Part shown: one piece after another, positions 53,763 to 64,000 of the stretch
Numbering within the stretch: the first letter of the stretch is position 1
How the letters are laid out: every line of letters starts with the position of its first letter
Assembly (NCBI GenBank): GCA_964016885.1
Contig: CAXHJY010000090.1
Coordinates: 22,991-86,990 of the forward strand
DNA length: 64,000 nucleotides
From: Eledone cirrhosa
Lineage: Eukaryota
Direction: 5' to 3'
Notes under the pieces: generated by a model
Told to the model about the DNA's origin: nothing
The model's input: the letters and a program-made list of their open reading frames with translations, nothing else
The model's database searches: none
Translations under genes and position numbers: made by a program

Positions 53763-54129
53763 TAGGTATTGTTTCTGTCTTCATCATCTACATTTGGGTT
53801 ATTTCTATCTCTAGATCTTTATATTTGGATGATTTCTTCATTTACTTGATGGATATATTGTCATCTGTGGTGATAGACATATTATTATTATTTTTTATAT
53901 ATATATATTTTTTTTTTGTGAAGAAGTTATTACTGGTTTGCTTGGAGAAGAAAGAAAAAGAGAGGGGAGACATACTCGTGGCCTTTATGGACCCCTATGT
54001 AACCAATGAGATTAAAAACAGCAAATTGAAGGGGCTACTTTGAAATGCACTTGACTACATCATACATTATACTTATATATATATTGCAAGGTTTTTGATA
54101 TGAAATCGTGTGTTGAAACAAATATCGTT

Positions 54130-54382
54130 ATTTGGAGAATGAGGTTAGCTGGACATGCTCACCAATATCCAGAGTTGACACTGCACTTAGTGCTCCTGTG
54201 GGAGCCCCTGCATGGACACACTGGAAGAGGAAGACCAAGGTTAATGTATGTTGATGCCCTAAGGACAGACACTGGTCTGTTGGAGACGCAGGACATGGCA
54301 GCGATAATGAGGGACAGAGACCGCTGGAGAGAACTCGTCCATGGATCTCGGGAATTTTACCCGCCCTAGATAAATAGATAGA
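54130..54382 (+). pseudogene. RTE-type LINE 3' fragment with (TAGA)n tail
   Basis: RMRLAGHAH...LLWEP...RGRPRLMYVDAL...DRDRWR. Confidence 0.8.
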
Positions 54383-54589
54383 TATTGTTATAATATTGCC
54401 GATCAGTGAGTGTGTTTTATTATTATTTCTGGCAATATTATAACACTATGACCCTCCCCCAATATAACAATATATATATATATATATAATATAGTACAGT
54501 AGAGATGTAGAGATGACTACTCTGGATATATATATATAAATAAATATATAAATATGTGTATATATATATATATATATATGGGGTAAATT

Positions 54590-54800
54590 GTGAAGGCGTG
54601 TGGCAGAGTGGTTAGAGAATTGGATTCACAATCTTGAGGTTGTGAGTTCGATTCCTGAACCGGGCGACGCGTTATGTCCTTGAGCAAGACACTTTATTTC
54701 ACGTTGCTCCTTCTACCTGGAGTTGCGACCGATAGATAGTAATAGCAATTGGAAAGACCAATGGAAACATTGTTTCCTAGGTCCGATTTGCCGAAAGTCG
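54590..54800 (+). mobile_element. tRNA/CORE-SINE, family C
   Basis: tggcagagtggttaga, gagttcgattcc, tgtccttgagcaagacactttatttcac. Confidence 0.82.
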
Positions 54801-55249
54801 ATCGATCCAAAATAAAAAATATGGGGTAACAAATAATTGTTATATGCAGTCCACTTAGGTGTAGTCCAGTTATGGTACTCCGGGTAGTGGATGATATCAA
54901 CGCTTGGCTAAGTTTGACTCAACAAGGTGTTTCCATAGTGATGCTGCGAGTACGCTGTAATTCCTATGTTGTAAACACTTGGAGTAATAATAAATCAGGA
55001 AAGAAGAGTGACACCCTACAACAGTTTTTACATGTCAATTTTACACATCTGCTTCATGTCAACTAGTTTTACACGCTAAAATCATAGATATACTATACTT
55101 CCCACCTAGATTGATGTTGTGATTATTTCAAATAATTTATTGCTAGCATTGTTGCTATTGTTGTTATTGTTCTAACTGAATGCCATTACTACTGCTTATA
55201 TTGGACTGTATATTCTTTTCATGCCTGTATATTCTCTTCATCCTCGCAA

Positions 55250-55355
55250 GCTCCGATGAACTGACTGGTTATAACTTTGTATTGGCGATCGAGTAACGTG
55301 AAAATAAGCGGATAGCGATCTCTAGACCTACCAGTTCAGAGAAACAATTGTCAGC
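55250..55355 (+). ncRNA. Type I hammerhead-like motif with CCGAUGA core variant and ~80-nt stem II domain
   Basis: gct CCGATGA a-ctgactggt...accagttcag-a GAAA caattg TC agc. Confidence 0.65.
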
Positions 55356-55408
55356 AATGAGATTAAAAACCTTTTTTGTATAGCAAACCGTGTCACTCTT
55401 CTTTCCTG

Positions 55409-55480
<72 letters not shown>

Positions 55481-55899
55481 AGAGAGAGAGAGAGATTGGG
55501 AGTTACCAGTTTAGATTAGTAACACCATATTCAGTTATGTACTCAATACTTGGGAAAGTAGAGTGAGATATATAGTGAAAAACCTCCATCATGCAGATAG
55601 ATACATCTCCAGGTAATAAAATCAGGTGGTGGCAGTCAGAAGAAAGGGGGGGGTAATGAGGAAGAGAAATGTAAAATGAAATGAAAACCTGAGATAAAGT
55701 TACCTTGGAATAGATTTACTCATCCCTATATTTTGGATTTCACATCCATCGTCGGGGAATTCCGAAGGGACTTTGGAGTATCTACGTGGCTGTTTGTTGC
55801 TACTGTTGGTGTCTGAGACTGACACTAGCAATAAATGGTCACGGAGATGATTTTCTGACAAACCTCCGAAGTTCCTATAACGGACCAAACGCCCTTACC

Positions 55900-56862
55900 T
55901 TCCCCGCCACCACCACCACCACCACCACACCTCTCACCATCACACCTCCCGCCTCCCACACCATCACACCTTACAACTTCCCCCACCACCACACCTCACA
56001 CCTTCCTCCACCACCAGACCTCCTCCTACCACCACACCGCCACACCTTCTCCTCCCCCATACCTCACACCTCCCATCACCACACCTCACACCTCAATCCC
56101 TGCCTCTCACCACTCTCCTCTACCTCACCCCAATCCTCTTACCCTCTATACACCCCCAACCCCTCTCCCTCTCCCCCCCCCCTAAAAATCATCCCCCCCT
56201 TCTCACCCACACTACAACCCCCTCTTCTCACTGCTCCCCTCCAACTCACCCCTCTCTCTCGCCCTCTCGCACATCCTCTCCACCCCACCCCTCTCCACCC
56301 CACCCCCTCCCCTCCACCCCTCCCCTCACACATCTGCTCCTCCTTACACCCCTCCCACCCTCTCTCCCTCTCACCACTCTCCCCTGACCTGCAACCATCC
56401 AACCCATCTCACTCCCCATCCTCTACCCCCAACCATCCACCCCCTCTCCACCTCACCCCCTCCACCACGTCACTCCCTCCACCTTTCATCTTCTCTCTAC
56501 CTCCCCCACTCTCTCCCTCTGGCCACTCCCCTCCACCTTTCATCTTCTCTCTACCCCCCCCCCTCTCTCCCTCTGACCACTCCCCTCCACCTTTCATCTT
56601 CTCTCTACCTCCCCCCTCTCTCCCTCTGACCACTCCCCTCCACCTGACCCCCTTCTCCCTTTCACCACTCTCACCCCGACCCCCCCACCCACCCCTAACC
56701 AACCATCCAACCCCTCCCAACCCCCTGACCACTCCCTCTCACCACCACCACTCTCCTGCGCGACGCCCCCGAACCACCCGTCCCTCTTCATACCCATCCT
56801 CCACCACCACCCCAGCTTCACCCCCCCCCCCCAGCCTCTCCCCCCTCTCTCTCTCTCTCTCT
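55900..56862. repeat. C-rich low-complexity tract
   Basis: Direct reading; includes a ~58-bp unit three times near 56470-56640. Confidence 0.85.
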
Positions 56863-57154
56863 GTGAAGTCAATAGTCTGATTATTCCCCAGTGGGCTACA
56901 TCTGATTAGAAAGAAACCTCGAGCAATTGGCTCCATTTATCACAATCATGCGAAATAAAATAGATTTCATATTGATTGATTGATTGATCCATTGATCTGT
57001 GCCCAGCCAGAAGAGTCTGATGTATGAATCTATCGACGGAAAGTTCTAGAAACTGGCTCAGTTCAATTGGGAAGGAGTCTAATCTCTTCATAACTCCTCA
57101 GCTTCCTCTGTTCTGCTAGAATGGCCATAGAGAAGTAGACAAATATGTCTCTAT

Positions 57155-57183
57155 CAGTGTGTGTGTGTGTGTGTGTATGTATG

Positions 57184-57214
<31 letters not shown>

Positions 57215-57545
57215 TTTTATGTATATATATATATATGTGTGTGTGTGCGTGTGTGTGTGTTTATGTATATATATATATATGTGAATGTGTATGTATATAT
57301 ATATATGTGTGTGCGCGTGTGTGTGTGTTTATATATATATATATATGTGTGAATGTGTATGTATATATATATATGTGTGTGCGCGTGTGTGTGTGTTTAT
57401 ATATATATATATATATGTGAATGTGTATGTATATATATATATGTGTGTGCGCGTGTGTGTGTGTTTATGTATATATATATATGTGTGAGTGTGAATGTGT
57501 GTGTTTATGTATATATATATGTGTGTGCGCGTGCGTGTGTGTGTT

Positions 57546-57585
<40 letters not shown>

Positions 57586-58179
57586 CGTGTGTGTGTGTTT
57601 ATGTATATATATATATATATATGTGTGTGCGTGTGTGTGTTTATGTATATATATATATATATGTGTGTGCGTGTGTGTGTTTATGTATATATATATATAT
57701 ATATATGTGTGAGTGTGAATGTGTGTGTTTATGTATATATGTATGTGTGTGCGTGTGTGTGTGTTTATGTATATATATATATATGTGTATGTATATATAT
57801 ATGTGTGCTTGTCTGTGTGTTTATGTATATATATATATATATATATATGTGAGTGTGAGTGTGTGTTTATGTATATATATATATGTGTGTGTGTGTTTAT
57901 GTATATATATATATATGTGTGTTTATGTATATATATATGTGTGTGTGTGTGTGCTTATGTATATATATATATATGTGTGTGAGTGTGTGTGTTTATGTAT
58001 ATATATATATATATGTGAGTGTGAGTGTGTGTGTTTATGTATATATATATACATGTGTGCATGTGTGTGTGTGTTTATGTATATATATATATATGTGTGA
58101 GTGTGAGTGTGTGTTTATGTATATATATATATGTGTGTGCGTGTGTGTTTATGTATATATATATATGTGAATGTGTATG

Positions 58180-58214
<35 letters not shown>

Positions 58215-58782
58215 TTATGTATATATATATATATGTGTGTGTGTGCTTATGTATATATATATATGTGCGTGTGTGTGTGTGTTTATGTATATATATATGT
58301 GTGCGTGTTTATGTATATATATATGTGTGTGTGTGTGTGTGTTTATGTATATATATATACATATGTGTGTGTGCGTGCTTGTGTGTGTATGTTTATGTAT
58401 ATATATATATATATATATAATGTGTGTATGTATGTGTGTGTGTGTGTATGTGTTTATGTATATATATATGTGTATATATATATGTATATATATATATATG
58501 TATGTGTGTGTGTATGTTTATGTATATATATATATATGTGTGTCTGTGTGTATGTGTTTATGTATATATATATGTATATATATATATATGTGTGTGTGTG
58601 TTTATGTATATATATATATGTCTGTGTGTTTGTGTATATATATGAATATATATATATATATGTGTGTGTATGTGTTTGTGTATATATATATATGTGTGTG
58701 TATGTGTTTATATATATATGTGTGTGTATGCGTTTATGCAGGTGTATATATATATATATATATATATGTATGAATGTATGTA

Positions 58783-58818
<36 letters not shown>

Positions 58819-59035
58819 TATAAATATATATATATATATATATAATGTATATATATATATATATCATAACTATAATAAATGGTGGAATGCAGGACTGCGT
58901 CCCGAATATATTTTGTTTATCCCGTTAGTAAAATAAGTTAGTAATATATAATAAATTTATAACATATATATATTATTAATTCTGGCAATATTACACAAAT
59001 ATGACCCTCCCCATGTATAACAATATATATATATA

Positions 59036-59080
<45 letters not shown>

Positions 59081-59113
59081 ATATATATATATGTATAACA
59101 ATATATATATATA

Positions 59114-59174
<61 letters not shown>

Positions 59175-59175
59175 T
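57155..59175. repeat. Compound (TG)n-ttta-(TA)n microsatellite
   Basis: Direct reading. Confidence 0.95.
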
Positions 59176-59206
59176 GTTATTTGAAATGATCCACGATTGA
59201 TTCAAA

Positions 59207-59712
59207 CATCATCATCATCATCACTGTTTTACGTCCATTCTTCCACGCTAGCATGGGTTAGACGGGTTGTCCTGTTGTGGGCAGTGTCCAGTCGGCTGAC
59301 CTTGTCTTGCTCATACAGGAACTGATTCTGGTTTGATTTTTACAGCTGAATGCCCTTCCTAACACCAACCTCATTTACAGTGAGTACTGGGTGCTTTTTT
59401 GCCATGGTACCTCCACGTCCACTTTACAGTGTGGGCTGAGTGCTTTTTTGCCATGGCACCTCCACGTCCACTTTACAGTGTGAGCTGGGTGCTTTTTTGC
59501 TATGGCACCTCCACGTCTACTTTACAGTGTGTGCTGGGTGCATTTTTGCCATAGCACCTCCACGTCTACTTTACAGTGTGTGCTGGGTGCTTTTTTGCCA
59601 TGGCACCTCCACGTCCACTTTACAGTGTGTGCTGGGTGATTTTTTTCCATGACACCTCCACGTCCACTTTACAGTGTGGACTGGGTGCATTTTTGCCATG
59701 ACACCTCCACGA
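59207..59712 (-). mobile_element. SINE/RTE 3' segment with about 7 copies of the 48-bp-type unit
   Basis: (CAT)n, acgtccattcttccacgctagcatggg, tgcccttcctaacacc, then repeated gccatggcacctccacgtccactttacagtg. Confidence 0.8.
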
Positions 59713-59779
59713 CATATTTGTCTCAATTTTAATTCTGGGTTACCTCGTCTTACCTGTATTCCTGCCCCTTCCTGTTATG

Positions 59780-60690
59780 GCCACCACTGTTGACAACACC
59801 AACACCATTGCCACTACTCTTCTTCTTAACTCTATTGCTAACACCAATATCACCACTGCTGTTGCCTCCACCACCACCACCATCACCACTAACAACACTA
59901 TGTCCACCACCAACCCCAACATCACCACCGCCAGCATCACCAGTACCACCACCATCACCTACAACATCACCACTACCATTGCCACCCCCACCACACACTA
60001 CCACCACCACACATCACCACACACCACCACCACTGACACTACCAACTACCACAATGGCTCTAACACTATTGCTCCCACCACCACCTCTACTGCTACCACT
60101 GACACCACCACTATCACCACCACCAGAGTCGCCCTAACACTATTGGTCCCACCACCACCACTACTGCTACCACCACCACCACCACTACCACCACCACCAC
60201 TATCACCACTACCACCACTACACTACCACCACTATCACCACTACCACCACCACCACCACCACCACCACTACCAGAGTCGCCCTAACACTATTGCTCCACC
60301 ACCACCACCACCACCACCACCACCACCACCACCACCACCACCACCACCACCACCACTACCACCACCACCACCACCACCACCACCACCACTACCACCACCA
60401 CCACTACCACTACCACTGACACCACCACTACCACCACCACCACTACCACCACCACCAACACTATCACCACTACCACCACCTCCACTACTACCACCACCAC
60501 CACCACCACCACTACCACCACTACCACCACCACCACTACCACCACTACCACCACTATCACCACTACCACCACCTCCACTACTACCACCACCACCACCACC
60601 ACCACTACCACCACTACCACCACTACCACCACTACCACCACCACCACTACCACCACCACCACCACTACCAGAGTCGCCCTAACACTATTG
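59780..60690. repeat. (CCA/CTA)n trinucleotide low-complexity tract
   Basis: Direct reading. Confidence 0.9.
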
Positions 60691-60929
60691 CCCTAGCTGT
60701 TTATTAGTAAGTTTTTTCCTGCAAACAAACAGCCTGGACCACATCCAACAATGGAGGCCATCCAATACACTCAAGCGAGATATTTTTTTTTTCTCATTTG
60801 TTTATATTTTTCATTCACCAATAATTGTTTTTGCTTTTGGCCCAAGGCCAGCAATTTAAGGAGGAGAAGAGGGAAGTTGATTAAATCAATTCCAGTGCAT
60901 TACTGGTACTTTATTTTATGGCAACCTGC

Positions 60930-61328
60930 ATACTCTGTAAAGTGGTAGTGCTAATGTTATGATAAAATGCACCCAGTACACTCTGTAAAGTGGTAGTGCT
61001 AATGTTATGATAAAATGCACCCAGTACACTCTGTAAAGAGGTAGTGCTAATGTTATGATAAAATGCACCCAGTACACTCTGTAAAGTGTTAGTCCTGGTG
61101 CTATGATAAAATGCACCCAGTACACTCTGTAAAGTGTTAGTGCTGGTGCTATGATAAAATGCACCCAGTACACTCTGTAAAGTGTTAGTGCTGGTGCTAT
61201 GATAAAATGCACCCAGTACACTCTGTAAAGCGGTAGTACTTGTGTCATGATCATGATAAAATACTCACAGCATATTCTGTAATGTGGTAGTACTTGTGTT
61301 ATGTTAAAATGTACCCAGTACACTCTGT
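60930..61328 (+). repeat. 48-bp minisatellite (about 8 units) related to 5189-8640
   Basis: Unit tacactctgtaaagtggtagtgctaatgttatgataaaatgcacccag. Confidence 0.88.
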
Positions 61329-61744
61329 ATCAACAGTGCCTTATCCATGTTGATGAAAACAAAGCACGAGTCCTTTACTGGGGTCAGGTCTTCCTCTATA
61401 TCTCTTTCCCTTTCTCTAGAAGAAATCTACTGTATTCAGACCTGGAGAAGAGATGAGCTCTGCCAGGTTTAAAATTCCCAAGACACGCCATATGTCACAA
61501 CAACACCCCTATAACTCCACCAGAAGTTACAGATCCATGCCTACATTAGAAATATATGGCCCTGGAATGGTTTATTATGATCTCATTATATACAATTCAA
61601 TCCAACCCAGGGCCTCCCCACTCCTGTTGAAGGAACCCCTCCCTGGTTTACCCCCACCACATTCTGTCTCCCCATTTGATCCCCTTCAATTATTATTAAA
61701 CCAGGTCCCTGCTACATTCAATGCTCTAATCCAATCCAGGGCCT

Positions 61745-62583
61745 CCTCACTTTCTGTTTGGTTTTGGTCATGTCTTCAGGGGTGAAGCTGTACTCACCAC
61801 GCTTGGCCAATTGCAGGTTGGTGAGGCTATTTAACCCATAGTTGGGGTGGATGGCTGTTAAGTTTGTCTATCCTTTTTTTTAACAGCTCATATTTTTGTG
61901 TTGCTAGGGTTCCACTTACCCTTCTCACCAGACCAGGGTCGGGTGGGGGAGCTGGTTTAGTCACCGACCACTCCCCCATGAAGTAGGGTGTACCGGGTTA
62001 CATGGTAACGGTAGCAGGCAAAAGCCTGACCAGACCAGAGTCTGGTGGGGGAGCTGGTTTAGTCACTGACCACTCCCCCATGAAGTAGGGTGTACCGGGT
62101 TACATGGTAACGGTAGCAGGCAAAAGCTTGACCAGACCAGAGTCTGGTGGGGGAGCTGGTTTAGTCACCGACCACTCCCCCATGAAGTAGGGTGTACCGG
62201 GTTACATGGTAACAGTAGCAGGCAAAAGCCTGACCAGACCAGAGTCTGGTGGGGGAGCTGGTTTAGTCACTGACCACTCCCCCATGAAGTAGGGTGTACC
62301 GGGTTACATGGTAACGGTAGCAGGCAAAAGCTTGACCAGACCAGAGTCTGGTGGGGGAGCTGGTTTAGTCACCGACCACTCCCCCATGAAGTAGGGTGTA
62401 CCGGGTTACATGGTAACAGTAGCAGGCAAAAGCCTGACCAGACCAGAGTCTGGTGGGGGAGCTGGTTTAGTCACTGACCACTCCCCCATGAAGTAGGGTG
62501 TACCGGGTTACATGGTAACAGTAGCAGGAAAAAGCCTGACCAGACCAGAGTCTGGTGGGGGAACTGGTTTAGTCACTGACCAC
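61745..62583 (-). mobile_element. RTE-related 5' region with a 102-bp unit repeated about 6.4 times (61929-62583)
   Basis: aagtagggtg recurs at 61981, 62083, 62185 and onward; the unique part matches 24620-24815. Confidence 0.8.
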
Positions 62584-62824
62584 TACCAAATTTCCACTGT
62601 CACTGCCTCTGTCTCCCTCACTCACCCCATCTCTCACTATTATGAGCAAATGGGGGTCCACACGCTGGTCGCCCCAGGGCCCATGCAGACTGAATGGAGA
62701 AGGCGTTTTCCCAGAGGATGGTGAGAGAGACGCATTGGAAGAACCATTCCACCATACAATTCTGAGCTGAATACCCTATCCACAAAGCCACCTGCTTTCA
62801 CATAAATAAGTCTAAAGTCTTAAG

Positions 62825-63447
62825 TCATGAAAGGCTCGTTAGACTTGTGCTTATTACGGTTTCATGGCATGAAGCGACTGAGAGTACAAGATTCTCCACT
62901 GGACAGGACGCCAGTCCATCGCAAGGTTAGAGTCTCTCTCAAGCCCCGAGGCTCATCAGGCGAGTGCTTATCCTGGTTTTTATGGCATGAAGTGACTGAG
63001 AGTACAAGATTCTCCACTGGACAGGACGCCAGTCCATCGCAAGGTTAGAGTCTCTCTCAAGCCCCGAGGCTCATCAGGCAAGTGCTTATCCTGGTTTTTA
63101 TGGCATGAAGTGACTGAGAGTACAAGATTCTCCACTGGACAGGACGCCAGTCCATCGCAAGGTTAGAGTCTCTCTCAAGCCCTGAGGCTCATCAGGCAAG
63201 TGCTTATCCTGGTTTTTATGGCATGAAGTGACTGAGAGTAGAAGGCCTCCATCACCACTGGACAGGACACCAGTCCATTGCAGAGTTAAACTCCCAGCTA
63301 TTGCTGGTACTCATTTCCATACTGGAGCAACGTGAAATGAAATGAAATGTTTTGCTCAAGAGCACAACGCACAACCCAGCCCTGAAGTTGAACCCATGAC
63401 AGTATGATTGTAAGTCCAACACCCTTACCACTAGGCCACACGTTTTC
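62825..63447 (-). mobile_element. tRNA/CORE-SINE whose 3' part is repeated as a 118-bp unit (about 3.5 copies)
   Basis: Head tggcctagtggtaagg; CORE ttgagcaaaacatttc; agagtacaag recurs at 62881, 62999 and 63117. Confidence 0.78.
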
Positions 63448-63809
63448 ATATAAATAAGGTGTATTTAATTAGAAATCTGGTAAGAAAAGTGTTAATTATG
63501 CGCTGAACTCTCAGGATATGTAAATAAGATGTATCTAATTATGATAGGGTTAGTTATAGTGCCTCGTTAATGAGCTTAATAGTGAGAGATGAACAAGAGT
63601 TAAGTATGTTTGGCAAGGCAATATCGCAACAATGGACATAGTCTCGCAGTATTATTGAGACGAGACAAAAAGCCATAATTCTACAGATTGGAACGGTAAT
63701 TCTAACTGATACCTTATATTATGTTCTCACAATATTCACCTCTCAAAATATGGAAATAAGTATTTTATTGGTATAAAACCACCAACGCACCACCCCGCCG
63801 AAAAAAAAA

Positions 63810-63840
<31 letters not shown>

Positions 63841-64000
63841 AAAACACACCCACCTTCCTAAAAACAAAAATAAAATAAAATAAAATAAGATAAAACACAT
63901 GGAAAATACAAACATTGAAAATATATTTAAGAAGATAAAAAAACAAACATGCAGAACGAATATTAATAATAATAGTAATAATAAAATAATAATAATAGTA

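Noticed and set aside
54590-54665. tRNA genes (also at 1870, 40030 and 63380)
   Set aside because: A/B boxes are followed by CORE or SINE bodies, with no complete cloverleaf.
62935-63205. Minus-strand CTGATGA-gcc-tcgg-ggc in each 118-bp unit as a hammerhead
   Set aside because: No GAAA after the hairpin and no stem I/III; better explained as a SINE 3' hairpin.

Overview
Eukaryotic, AT-rich, almost entirely repeat-derived DNA. The SINE families and the very high (TA)n/(TATG)n load suggest a coleoid cephalopod, probably Octopus (inference). No host gene is confidently visible. The only intact coding unit is a full-length Tx1-type (L1 superfamily) non-LTR retrotransposon on the minus strand (13116-18766; ORF1 with a CCHC knuckle, ORF2 EN-RT-Zn). 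It sits inside a TTAA/piggyBac-type MITE whose terminal 72 bp has expanded into a satellite. Two truncated relatives lie in (CTAT)n. The rest comprises RTE-clade LINE fragments, tRNA/CORE-SINEs, three alternating copies of a bipartite RTE derivative with a covarying structured 5' end, five minimal type I hammerhead ribozyme motifs (Penelope-like), long fold-back palindromes, a hAT MITE with a filled/empty site pair and a probable solo LTR. At least seven minisatellites (34, 37/48, 48, 55, 72, 102 and 118 bp units) are each derived from or embedded in a transposon. Most ORFs in the supplied track are artefacts of simple repeats.
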